Shown: positions 24,259 through 38,300 of the stretch, in pieces | Numbering within the stretch: the first letter of the stretch is position 1 | Layout of the letters: every line of letters starts with the position of its first letter | Source of the DNA: Trichoplax adhaerens | Taxonomy: Eukaryota > Animalia > Placozoa | Direction: 5' to 3' | Length of the DNA stretch: 64,000 nucleotides | Assembly: GCF_000150275.1 (NCBI RefSeq) | Contig: NW_002060943.1 | Span: 3,616,008-3,680,007 of the forward strand | Position numbers and translations under genes: made by a program | The notes under the pieces: generated by a model | Told to the model about the DNA's origin: nothing | Databases searched by the model: none | The model's input: the letters and a program-made list of their open reading frames with translations, nothing else

Positions 24259-27244
24259 CTAGCGGAGAGTAGAACACGAAACAGAGCTATAGGTAAAAAT
24301 GTTGATGTTAAGTATTCGAAGGCATTTCATGTTTCAATAATCAGCTTAACTAGTCTTGAAAGTAGTTGGTTACGTACGTACTGTATACGTATAAAATACT
24401 ATTAAAGTTCGAAATGCGGTTATCACGTGTATAACATATGTACAGAATTGGTCAATTGCAAATTGGTCGTCTAAAACTTATGCTTGTATATCTATTTTGG
24501 TGACTACCTTATATGATGAGGATAGCAAAATATGTCATTTTAATACTGATGAATATTTTACATTTTACTCGGAGAGAGTTAACTTTAAGCTTTAAGTTTG
24601 TAAGCTTATAAAATTGAAAAATTACATTATAGACATTAGAAGTCTTGGAAGTTATTTTACGCACTTAAATTTCGGTGCTCTAGTCGCCGCTTAATACATT
24701 TACGATTCTTTGTCTCTAATTTATTTTTGACAGTGAAAAGTTCTGTTTTATAGCCCAGTTTCATACTTTTACTCAGACTAATGATGTAAGCTTATTACAA
24801 AATTGATAGAGATAGTATAATTTCATTTCATTAATTGTGATAGTGTATTATTTCATCTACAGTATCTGCGATAAAAAACAGCTAATTATTACAGCAGTTT
24901 ATGCAGTTGATACAAAAATATCTACGATTTCGTTACAGTTAATTTATGGCTGTAATGTCTCATACTTTCATGCACTGTGATGTAATATAATTGATAGCAT
25001 GTGCAAGGGTATACTTCAAATTTTAATAATTACTGAGCAAATTTTTGGGAGGTGAGTAAATTTTTAACCTTTGTACTATTAAAAATAAATATAGCTGTAA
25101 GTACATTTTTTTATTTCTTTAAATTACCTTTACCTTTATAATTATTTGGTCACAAACGAGGGAAGTCATGACTGTTGTATCTGTTTTACATTGATTGCCA
25201 GATACGTGGAAGTTCTGTAGGTACTATGAATTCAACTGTTGAAAATTTATAGAGAGTTCTATTTAATTTATTACTTAGCTAAGTACTTATCTTTGCCGTT
25301 GTGATATATACCAATCACGAGATTCCAAATTTTAGAAAAATAAGGGCTTTATTGAATCTTATACAAAGATTAATTACACACAACTCTACTCTAGCTGAAT
25401 ACTACTACTAAAGACTTCTAGAACGAACAGAATAATCTAAAGTTGCATGCTTTTATACTTTTCGTAGCATTCGCAGCTACAATCTGCATGGCAATTGACA
25501 TAGTTAAATTATTCTTAGTAACACTATTCTACTGCGGACCATCATTAATCCAATATGGATACGACTACAGTACTTACGTAGACATTATTTACACCAGCTA
25601 AAGTACAATGAATTAGCCATATCCTAATATATGATTTACAGTTCTATTTTTACCTATAGCCTTATTAGTAACTCAACACCTTACTGTATATAGTCATCTG
25701 TATTCTAGCATAGAGTCTATACCACTACAGTCTATAGTTATAGCTACCAAATATCTCTTAGAATAAATATCTACCGTATATCATACTAAACATGGCTAAC
25801 AGTCTACAATCACATCATTAGTTACATTACAGCCGTAAACCAGTATCATAATTGTAACTAGGACAATACAGGTCATGACTTCAACGTCTTTTACTAATTG
25901 TTACTTATTGAAGGATCAATATTGCGGGTAAGGATTATGCTTCTAATGGGAATAGTCTGGCCATAATCGTATTGATCTCGATCATATTCGTTGGAACAGG
26001 ACCGTAGAATTTCTAGGTTATAATATTTTAAAGCCATAAAGTAAGAATTTAATGGATGGCAATCCAAATATAGTACGAATATTAGAAAATTTTCACTACT
26101 CAGGGAATGAAATGGATTGTGTGAGGATAAGTCTTACGTTAAAATATCTCCAGATGAAGGCAAACAAGATAATTTACCTGAAATAAAACTGCTGCTATGC
26201 GATGATGTAATTATTAATCGAGGTGAAGAAATTGTTTAGTTACAATTCAGCGAGTTTACTAAAATATTGGTGATACGTTGCTGAAGTGGCATTAACTAGA
26301 AATAGTCACTAGATATGTATTTCTATAAACATTGTGGATTAATTTGGTTATGGAGTAAAAATCGTTTGAATGTTAAGATGAGTCATCAACACTATCTTTT
26401 GTAGCTGCTACTAAAGAGTGCAGTGTATACTAGCTCGACAGATTGCCGAATAAAATTAGTTCTCTAGCTTCATAAAGTAAAGGTAAAAGATCCAAGTTAT
26501 CATAAAGAGCTAATAGATATTAATTCCTGGAAACTTCTAAAACTCAGAAGTTGCATCGTTATTGCGAAACCGGCTTGTAATTAAGGGTAAAAAGTTTGGT
26601 AGATATCAGTAATAGTATCATTACATTTTAACTTTATCTAAAAGAGATACACATTAAATATCAAGACCCACTTTCATCATGCAATTATTTCTTTATTACG
26701 AGTTTACGACAGATGAAATACGTACATTCGAACGGATCAGAGAATTAAAAATCATAAATTACATTGAACAATAATAAAATAGTAATGAGCAACGAGCTCA
26801 AGATATATACTGTATTCCAGTACAGTCTGCTATCTTGCAGACTGTCTATTTGGAACCGTACTCAATATATAAAAGTAGCAAATTGCATTTGATTACGGTA
26901 TCCTTGAAGCAGATCAATATTCAATCTGCGAATTTGCTACTTTAAATATGGAAACTGAAATACGGAAGATCATATCCAATTTCTAAATATTATAACCTTA
27001 ATTACTCTTGCTTTTATTATTTCTATAATTCAGAGCAGCTAATGAACAGAAATTACTAGTAATTAAGATTACATGAAAATAAAGCGAAAAGCTGAGCCAG
27101 TAAAAGTATGCATACACGGATTGGGTACTGAATGCATATACTTCATCGTTAAACTGTCGTATACGACGTAGGTAAACTTACGATTATGCTACTATATATC
27201 AATATTTGCCGCATAAATTGCTGCGACAATTATAAACTGTATCA

Positions 27245-30200
27245 CTAAATGAACAAGGTAAACATGGTAGGTATAAATACCGCTGATAATAAGGCCAAAA
27301 CTGCCCAGCGTGAATGTAAGCCTAATGCAGCACCTACAGTTCCAGCAGTCGGTTGGTTAAATTCGAAACTTGCTAGAATAGACCTACCATTTAACATCTG
27401 AATAGGTCTAAAATTTTTTTCGATGAGTACCAAATTTTGTGTGCCAACGGTGTTATTGGTTGAATATAACTTTCGAAATTCTTCTAGCTATATATGAGTA
27501 AAAGTACGATTTATTATTCCAATTCATATGGCAACAGGTAATACATAAAAATATCCTATCTAAGTTAATAGCATACTTATATTATACTTGTATAGATCAG
27601 AACAATACCGGATGTGGTATAGTTAGATAGTCAAGAAAATCATTCAGCATCATCACAGTGAGTAAGGTAATCAATAAAATGATAAAATTCTCACCTGAGC
27701 CTGTGATAACTCTAATGGCTCGGCCATAACATGCCAGGCAACATTTTCACTACACGGTGGCGTAGTTAGAGACCCATTGAAGGCAAAAAACCTTGCATCA
27801 TCTTCATCAACGATCGAACGAATTTTTAGACCGCTAAAGGAATGCGATTGCCCTTTTGGTAAACAAAAATAGATAAACTTTAGATACGTGCGGACTGCTG
27901 CAAGTTTAAATACAAGTAATGATGAAATGAAAAACTAAGGTTTGAAAATTAATAGTATTAAAAATATTTTGCACTAATGATATTTACAGCGGTATGGATG
28001 TCTGCACACAATTGCATAAAAAGTAAATATAAATACCTTGATATCGGACATACTTTAGATTACTAATGACTGGATTCAGTCCACTATTATACTTTCCAAC
28101 CTGAAGAGCAAAGTCAGAATAAGGGAATTTAAATTAAATCGGTACAGTATATATATATACATATATATAGCTTGATGTAATTCTGGCTAATAAGATATGA
28201 ATATATTCTAGATAGATATAATTTATGATAGTATTAGAGCTAATTATAGCTATAATGAACCACCTATTTTTGCTAAGAATACCGAAATGATTACATTAAT
28301 TAATTTACTTTGTATAAATTAGAGAGTACTGCAAGCCCATCAGAACTATTGGCAGCTTCAAAAAAGTCCTTGTAGCGCATGTTAGCGAAGACGATATGCT
28401 CCTAAGTTTGAATATGAATAAATGTATATAATAAATTATTTAATTTATAACTTCCTTGACAAGATCAGTGTTTCCAAATGATTAAGCATATTTAGCACCA
28501 GCTATTATTGATAAGGCTTAAGCACCTCAATTTCAAAAGTTGCTAACCTCCAATGGATATTGCAAGTTATTTAAAAATGTTTCAGATCCAACACTATTAT
28601 CTGGTCCCCAATGATAGTGAAACTGTACCAATCGGTATCTACCTTTAGTTAATGGAGAATAGATGCTTGGAGTTGTATGACCTCCTATATTTACTTGTGC
28701 AGTGTGCCCGTTATTCAATAAAAGCAAAGTCTGAGTAATCGTTTCTTCGAAACCAAACAAGTCTATAGTAAGTCCTTTGATGTATTGAATCTCAGAGTAA
28801 GCAATATTGATAGGCGATTGGAGATATCCATTACATGCTTGGAAACACTGTGGCCAAGTTTTAGGGCCTAAATTACGCAAGTATCGGGAATAAATTCAGA
28901 AAGTAGGCTATAAAGTTATATTTATGTGTATATTATAGTCATCGGTCACATTATTTTCATTAGATAACTTAAGAAAATCGATATCTATGTTTATAAGTTA
29001 GTACAAGCATAAAAGCAAGTATTAGTTAATAATAAATTGAATGCAATACTAATGACATATTTGAAATAAATTTTTAATTTTACTCTGAGATACTCTTTGA
29101 GAATCTAATAATAACATGATATATTTTATCGCTTTTACCTTTAGCAGCATAGTCCCAGGCACATATATTGTGGACATCTAGTGGAAAGTAGATAATAAAT
29201 TAGTGGTTTAGGAGATAACATCGCTGTTCAGCATTTGAATACATTTCGCAGTTAAGCAATCAGATTAGCGAATCTTCAGATAATAGTTACATATAAGATG
29301 CGACTAAAGTCCGAAATGCAGTCATTACCGCCCCCCCCCCTAGTACGTATATAGCGATTTAATACACAAAGAGTCGTCTAGTACTTGTATTATGCATAAT
29401 AGCCAATTTGGCACTTATCGCAGATTACTAAATGTTTAGATTTATCAAGCTAATTGTATTAATAGCGATTTTATAGATCAGACTCAAGAGATGCTTGTCT
29501 CATCATGAAGTATATTATCAAAAGGAAAGATTAAGGATGTCTTATATACTCTATGTCAGTTGTCGGCATTTGTAAATACACCCCTATTCATATAATTTAC
29601 ATAATATATCAGCATGAAAGATACTGAAATAGGAAAATAATAGGATACGCCTAGAAATATTAATGAGCTCGCATTGTGTGTAGACAAAATTTCAAATTTT
29701 ATGACATCATGAATTATTTACATTAAAGAACCATCATTGCTCGAATAATTGATGATGTAGATATTAGTGCGGAATATGAATTTGTAAGTACACTAGTATA
29801 GTAATTATCAGCTTAGTAGCTCACTAGAAATATTTTATTTTCCGTAGTATTGACTTGGATTATCTAGAGTAGGTGTCCAGTTCAATTAACATCTTAATGC
29901 TATTTAATAGGATGCTTAAACTGCTCTAGCTGCTAAAAATATTAACACAAGTGCCATAATGCACATATCAATCTAAGTATGTACGTATGGGAATTACAAT
30001 CTTGACCTAAATTTATTATAAGACAGGTGATAGATATGTCATCACGACAACTACAAAAACTTTTCATTAATCATGTAGTAATTGTTAATTATTTAAAGTA
30101 AAAAAACTTAGCAAAAGAGCAGTGGTACCATCATAACGAAGCTGATACTCAAGCGATGTTTTTACAATCAAAGTTATGTCCAGAAGCTATATGACTAGAA

Positions 30201-30760
30201 AAATATATAATAGACAATTCAAACAAAATAGGGACAATAACCTCGCAATTGCAATTGACGCTAAAAATATTTTCTATTATAAGCAATTAATGTTGAATAT
30301 TTATATAATAACTTAGATGCATGATATACAATCCTGCTACGTAGAGATAGCCTCAAGCTTTCAGTTTTCAAAGTTATGTCATACAAGCAATTACCAAAAT
30401 GATCTAGATTGTTTTAAGTTAAAACGCTAAGAACTAATTTCTATATTATGAGACACTCTTGTAAATGAAGATTATAGACGCTATTAGTTTTCGGTTCTAC
30501 AATGTAGATTTAACTATGTAAGACTTCCTAGGAAAGCATTGCTGCTCTTGTCTCATTTATGGTATCACAAATCAGATTACTTTGTGACTGCCTAGAATCT
30601 TTGAATGAGAATCAGTTTTTTAAAGAGATTTGTTAAAGCAAGGTCAGAAAGTATTAGATTTAGAATATCTTCACTTACGATCACCATGCACAGCTAGCGC
30701 CAAAGTATAACTTAAGGATACAAGAAATAGATTAATCAGCATTTGACGAATGAAATTCAT
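27245..30760 (-). CDS. Alpha-carbonic anhydrase CA-C, secreted, probable GPI-anchor signal
   Basis: Exons 30760-30679 ([27 protein letters not shown]), 29177-29139 ([12 protein letters not shown]), 28867-28548 (QSPINI, NNGHT, QFHYHWG, GSET), 28401-28309 (EHIV, DGLAVL), 28100-28037, 27852-27695 ([14 protein letters not shown]), 27487-27245 ([14 protein letters not shown] and a hydrophobic end). Confidence 0.9.
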
Positions 30761-33700
30761 GCTTTTAATTCGGTAACGTGCTACTGATCTTTCCAAAAAA
30801 TTTACGAACTAAAATCACGATGCATAAATTTATAAATGCCCAAACAGCACGTGGCATCTAAGTACACATAGGATGAGCTACATGTAGATACATAAGAAAA
30901 GTTACATAAAGTTACATGCTATTGTATTTCATTTGAGCTACATTTGGGGATTGTAAAATAAGGCTGCATGCAACTTTCTCGTAATTTTTGACACCTAATA
31001 ATTGTTTTAGTAAGTATCAGGTGACCGCTTGTATTGATTATGACTATATTATTATTCCTTCAAATTATGCAGCCGCAGGTAAGTAGGCTCATCATGCTTT
31101 GCTATATTCACATCGTTAATCGATGTTAATTATTATTCAATTAATAATAATATTATCAATGCACACGTAAAAGATTAACCAAAGCTATCGAACTCTTTTT
31201 GACTGGAAATGGACTTCAAATGACACTTTAATGAATGTGGTTTTGGGTCGTCAATGAGTTATAAAATGCATCTCTTTAATGCTCGTCTAATTTTGACTTT
31301 TCTTTTCAACAATAGTGTATTTTACAGACAAATATCGTGCTATCATATTTTTACACAGTATATTAAGTAGAATTGTATAAGACAGATTATAAATATACAT
31401 ATGTTCGCAGTTAAATAACTATAGTAACGATCATCCCACCTACTTTTTATGATTACAGTAATAGAATGTGTAACTTTAACGCTGATTATATAAAGGATGC
31501 AAAATTTTAATCCTAACTCCTGTTTAAATTACTTCAAGATTTTTTAATACGATACCAAATAATAAATTATGTGTAACGTAGGTTGACCATTTGATCACTT
31601 AAATTGATAGTAATTTTTTCGCTCCGTAAATTTCAGAATTTACGTCGTCACTTGATTATACAATCGGATGATTTCAGTAACTACCTAATATGATGAGAAT
31701 GCCAAAGCAGTTTATTTAAACACTGATGAGCATTTTACTTTTCTGATCGGAAATGGGTTCTCTTAAGTTTCAAGTTTCTAAAGGTTGCAAATTTAATAAG
31801 TTGCTAAATTTAATTTTACCCTTAAATCAGGGCATTCTAATAACAATTTAATGTATTTACGATTAGAATAGCAAGTATACACTTAACATGAATCAGCTTA
31901 TAACTTTTCTAATTTGGTAATCATTACCCATTAGTACTTTAAATCTTGTACATTTATGAATTACTTGATAGTCGAAGATCTTTTATCTCTGATTATTATG
32001 GCTTTTATTATAAAATTTACAATAATTGCATAATTCCATTTTATTCACTGTGATACTATTCCATCTTCAGTATCTGCGATAGAAGAAAATTATTATGACC
32101 GTTAACACAGTTGATACGAACAAGCCCTAGATTTCGCTACAACTCAATTATAATCGCAAGGACTCATGTGCTTATATACCGTAATTTATCATAATTTGTA
32201 GCAACGTGAAGTGAGTATACTTCAAATCCTAATAATTACTGATAATTTTTTTACTGTTATGCGTGAGTTTTAACCTTTGTACTGTCGAGAAATAAAGAAT
32301 TATCTGCTGATCAAATAATAGCACTAATTGCTAAACACATAGAATCATGTAGGCGCAACGAATTTTTATCGTTGAAAATTGATAGAGAATGGCCCATAGA
32401 ATTTATTACCTTGCTAATATTAACCTTTACCGTGAGGCATTAACATAATTCTAGCTTGTGCAAGACAGGTCATGACATCAATCTCTTTTACTAGATATTT
32501 GCCGACCATTAAGAGGTCAATATTGTCGGTAACGAGTATACTGTTAATGGAAGTAGTCTGTAAATAATTATATTGATTTCGATCGTAGTCGCTGTTACTT
32601 TGGAATTATTAGGCTATTACATTTTAAAGGCATGTCGTAAGAATTTAAGAAAGATAGTGTATGCATATTTTATTGTTCAGATCCAATTAAATAGAACGTA
32701 TAAAGACAATTTTCTCGTTAAAATATATTCAAATGAAGGGAAATATTACAATTTACCTGAAATAAATCTTCTGCTAAGAGAGAGAGTTATTATTAACAAC
32801 GCTTGAGAAATTGTTTAGTTAATCTTGGTCATGTGGCTGACTGTTCAACTTAATAGATGGTTTGATGAAGTTTAGGAATAAATATTGACTTATAAGCCGA
32901 TTTTAGAAATTTCAGAACAATGGTTAAGATAAACTTTATTGTACTTTGATCACTGAAATCGCAAGGATTGTGAAATTATTTAAATAGGTCGGTCTTAAGT
33001 ATAGCTGCTAATGACTTAACTAGGTTTACTCTATAACCGTGTTATATTAAAATTAATTTTAAAGGGTAGATCGATAAAACATTGTAAGATAATATCCAAG
33101 GTGAAGGCTTGAATATCAACAAATACTGCATTTCAAACAGATTTCAGTTAGGTTCATGTAAGGATAGAATTGATTGAAATATTCTATTTAGATAGAGGCA
33201 GAGTATTTATGGAGTATTGCATTGAAACTAATTTTAATTAACTCGAAAATAAGATGTTACATTACCGAAATACTATATTAAAAACATTAATATCAAATCA
33301 TAAACTCCGAATTTTAGTCAATATTACATTAAAATTATATTAGCTCTGTGCTCTATTTATTAAAGCGATTTCTAATTACTCTAATGTATGCTGATAAAGT
33401 TTCTTACAAAAATTGTTGTACATAATCAAGATGAATGGAAACTTGCTAGAAAGATTAACTATAATTCGCTGAATGTTAAAACTGTCTCAAAATCATGTTG
33501 ATAGATTACATATCTGGATTCAAATGACTGCTATTTACTAAGTGTATAGTGGAAAGTCAATTCAAATTAATTATTTACTGGAATATGAATAGCAAAGAAT
33601 TAGCATATCCATTGTAGCAAATTGTATTAAATGACTTTATCTTCTTTTATGATAACTGAGAATATTCGTCATCTAAATCGCATGTTCGTATCGTAGTTTT

Positions 33701-35162
33701 ATCCAATGTATAGAAGATATAAATATTCGAAATTGTATAACCATACACAGTTTTGAATATCTGTGTACCATAAATGGCTCTATCGTAAGCATAAATCTTT
33801 CCTCAGATTTTTAGCCAGCCTCTTATAAGGGGTTAGACAAAGCGAATCCGCTCCAGTCGAGGCCTAAATTCTGATAGCAAACAGAAATATATGAATTAGG
33901 TAAACAATATCAACGAAGTTTGGAATCAAGCTGTAAATGATCATTATACATTCAGAAGCTGGGTATAGAGTAAATTAGACAGAGAATTCATATTCTAAAC
34001 CACATGGAGTAGTATAAATACTGCTACGGCAATGTAGAGAAACATGGACGCAAGGAAGCAATAAGGACTATTTTTCTTATGATTCAACGATTTCCTGACG
34101 ATTTTTTATATTTAATAATCAATAACATGGGTGCTTTAACTAGAATTTAAGTTAAAAGTCCGTTCTTCCAGTCTGAAAGATATCTTGGCGGTTAGTCTGC
34201 GAAAAATTATTTTAATCGACGTATAACCTAGGGTACAACCGTAATCGTTGCATGATCAATCTTAACATATATCCATGAACTAATAACATCGACGATAACC
34301 TATAATTTATCGTAGGCAGTTCATCTATGAACTCAACTAATTGACTTGAAAAGCACTCTATAATGGTTCTCTCGTGCTCGGTTTACTATTATGACAGTTA
34401 TATTTGCAATAACAGAATAGAATTAGATATTTACATGTTTCAGTTGCTACGTCTTAACAGAGCTTCTTTAGTACGGTATGTCGTACATACTTGTTTGCAG
34501 TAGACTACATCATCAACAACTGATCTTTACTAAGCCAATTTTACAAACTTTAACCCCGTATTACTAATAAAATCGAATCAAAACTAATCTATAATCAAAA
34601 TAATTTATCTGTCTTTCGGCATTATTTGGCACAGAATACTATGCAACGATTGATTAGCTATTAATCAAATGTAATAAATCTGTTCTTCTTATTTTCCAAC
34701 AATTCTAATCCCAAACGATTCGGAGTAAAACAGTTTATTACGAGGTTTTCGTTAACAAAAATTGTCAACTGCAGACTATAAAAAACACAAACTCTATTGC
34801 CTTAACTTAACGACTTACTCTATACCCCTTAGCCTGTTTACAACCCGAAGATCATAAACAGGAATTACTGAACAACATCTATTAACCTCTAGACTCAACT
34901 GAAACATCCCTTGCGCTAACAATATGATCATACTTGTGCTTGTTCTTACTAGCTCCAAAATGTTGACAACAGTATTACAACCTACACAATAACACAACAT
35001 CATTACATCAAGATATTGATAAAAAGTGTTCATAATAATAAAGGAAATAGAATGAAAATAGGAAATAAGTAATTTGCAAATTTGATACTAAATAATAAAA
35101 ATAATTAGTTGGTAAAATTTTTCATTAGGATAGCTATTAGTAGGAACTACTAAACTATAGTT

Positions 35163-35317
35163 CTGAAAGAAAAAGAGAGAGGAACTGTCGACGACTTTTA
35201 TCGCTTCAAAATGTGGAGGCTGATTATTTCTTTGGCCATTTCAAATGTTCTGTACATCTAAAACCGTACACTTTACTGTTTATGGAATCGTTGACAGTCG
35301 CTCTCTCTTTCTTTCAG
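35163..35317. mobile_element. MITE-like element with ~32-bp imperfect terminal inverted repeats
   Basis: Left arm ctgaaagaaaaagagagaggaactgtcgacgact; reverse complement of right arm ctgaaagaaagagagagcgactgtcaacgatt. No clean target duplication (TT / TA). Confidence 0.55.
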
Positions 35318-38300
35318 TAGGCCTTACTGTTACTAGGGCTGCTAGTGTCATAACTACTCTCATAGTATAAGAAGAGTGTAATAGAGATACACATTTTGCT
35401 TATTACTGATACTCGTTGAAAGTATTTATTTTGCTAGTATTATCGAGATAACATGATCGAACGAATAGCTATTTAATATTTTTTTCGTAGTTTTGATTAT
35501 TTTTATAACTCCTTCCAACATACGGTATATTGAAAATTTGATTGCTGTGGCACTGTATCTTCTTCAATAATGTTTTATTACTGTACATTGCCTTGTTTCT
35601 AAACTGCTTGAGAGTCTCTATATAGATAGATACTACATACGAGCTATATACTAATAACTATAGCATGCCTGGAAAATAGTTAGATACGTTTAGCAGTTTT
35701 CCTAGCTACTGAAACCTCCCATTTAACAACCAAATTTTGGCTTCTCATAAATTTTTCAAAATCAGATATCTATATGACTTACTAAACTAGAGCTCAAATT
35801 ATCAAAAGTATCAATATCAAACTTTTTTCAGTTGTTTCACTAGCCAGATTTAATGCTATAATTTAGTTGAAATTTAACGAATTATGACACATCTCTGTCA
35901 AGGGCATTTTTAATACCCGTAAAAAAAGTCCAATGAATGGTGTAGATAATACTAAAATGTAAATTAGTAAACTAAAATTGTAAACTTATTAAAAATAATA
36001 AAATTTTATCAGCAATTTACGATTGAAAGCGAACCTTGCTAGTGTGGTTGATTCCAGTATGACTAAGTATGTCAACTTCGTGGATCAAATTACCACGATT
36101 GAGATTCCAACTCTTTAATCAATACTTAAATATATTTTATGACTTACATTTACAGCTATATTACAAAGTAAGTTTTTACGCAGTTGTCTAATGTTATCTA
36201 TAAACTAATGATGTTTATGCCGACTTACCATAAATTCGTTAACTTTTCAACAAAGTTTAGCTTCACTTTAGCCTAAGAGACTAGTGGCCTTACTCTTCCT
36301 CCTGACGATAGGATATTGTCAGTATTCAAAATCGTACTATAGGAGATATCAAAGAGGACATACTAGACAGTAGACTCATAGCTTTAGTTTTATATTGTAA
36401 TTCTATAATTCCTCATTACAAATTTGGATTTGTAACAAGCTAGCATGCATAGAATGTGCTGTACATAACGTAAAAGCTTTTCGAAATTAGCCGTAGAAAT
36501 TTAATTATTTCAATAATGTTCCACGAGTAAAAGAAAAGTTAAAATTTAAAAAGGAGAAACTACGTAACAAAATGTATGCGTAAACCAGGTGCTACTTTTC
36601 ATTTATTGAAAGTATTTGCGTGCATCAAAATTATATTATGTTTTGATGATTTTATTACAGTGTAAAAAAAGAAATGGTCGAAAACTTTGTTACTTCTTTC
36701 TGCATATAGATGGAGAGATCCTGCTATATTAGTGTAACAACAGCAGTTGAAATGGATGCTACAATACTTTTATGCTAGCTCATTACATGTTTTAGTCCAA
36801 GATAAATCTGCTAGTTATTTATTCGCCAAAAGTAACGGGTAGATTCAGGTTATGTTTGAGATTGTTATTAATATAAATCATAATAACGTCATGAAATTAC
36901 GTAAATAGTCCGTTAACTAATTGCTTGATATTTTCAGAAATACACATGAAATACATAATCGCTACTTGACTTTATCGCTGTTATACAGAAAAATGCGGAA
37001 GAGTAGGCCTATTTTCTCCAATTTTTATTTACAATAGATTTCTATTTAATGCTTCTACTAAATCGTTTCTGAAATGACAATCAGATTGCAGTCTATTTAC
37101 ATACAGTAGCATATAATACGTATATAATACATATAATAAGAGTATGGATGGATATATTCAATGGCACTTAGAATAACGCCAAGGACACCATTATCCTTAC
37201 AATATCAACTTTAATCGTATGCCTGTTTGGCAGTGCGTGCTATTTTGTTGTATTAGTTGAATTAACTGGCAACATGTAGCTAAGCTTATCATTAGAGATG
37301 ACTTCAACAGCTTGTCATTGGCTCTATTTAGATATAGTAGTAATACGGAATGATAAAACTACAATATTACTGTTATGTAATTCTATAATCACTTTCTAAA
37401 TATTCGAAATCGGTTATGATTTTAATTCTTACCATATTCTATTTACAGATTTTATTATCAGCTTTATTCTAAGTGATTAATAAGTTTATAACAGAAAAGT
37501 AGAATCCAATTTCATGAATTAAGTCTACAATTAAACTATGTCCCTTTCTATAAACAGACATTAAGTGTTTTCTGAAAGTAGTTTATAAAATAATATGGAT
37601 AGAAAAGAATTTGAGATAGTTTCATAGCTAGTTTATATTTAATTATTTATTTTTGCATCATAAGTTTACAGTACTAAGATTGTTGAAAGCTTTAATTTAG
37701 TTATCAATAAAGGAAGTAAAAGTATGCTAACGCTTTGATTTATTGGATTAGAAAAACTTCGTCTTAAACAAAAGTATGATCGCAATCTGTACATGATGGT
37801 ATTTTTATTTTCTAGACATGAATAGCCTACTATAGAAGTTTATATATAGAATCTTTTAAGAGAAATAATCTACCAATTAATGGAACCTTAGATTGTATCC
37901 GAAAGTACGATTCTATAGATTTAATGGGCCTTGATAAGATGAATACGGAAATGAGTCATAACCGACGAACTAGGACAATGAAAAGCATTTAGATTCAACT
38001 TTACCAGCTAAAATTATCACTAATTTGCTGGTATAATTTCTGAAATAAGATCAGACATATTAAAAGTAAGATGATATGGATCAATTATGAAATAGTTAAT
38101 GGCCTAGTTAGGCATAATTTACTATTTAGGAACAGTTATAATGAACTCTTCACCTACTTTAAAGTTTGCATTACTTGATCAGTCAATAATTTCTCAAATT
38201 TCCTTTCGATAGAGTCCAAATAAACATGATATCCAAACATTATAAAATACTCTTCTTCATATTAATATTAAATATACTTTACTATTACGTAACACTTTCT

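Larger units (their letters stand above)
22230..32830. repeat. Local tandem segmental duplication: about 22230-26250 versus about 27100-32830
   Basis: Exons, introns and upstream DNA are collinear, e.g. 24850 catctacagtatctgcgata / 32060 catcttcagtatctgcgata; 25868 caggtcatgacttcaa / 32467 caggtcatgacatcaa; 26170 aatttacctgaaataaa / 32750 aatttacctgaaataaa. About 29420-31700 has no counterpart in the left copy. Confidence 0.8.

Noticed and set aside
37172-37278. Hydrophobic frame NNAKDTIILTISTLIVCLFGSACYFVVLVELTGNM, loosely like the CA-D tail
   Set aside because: It is on the opposite strand to the flanking CA genes with no upstream CA exons; hydrophobic frames arise easily in T-rich DNA.
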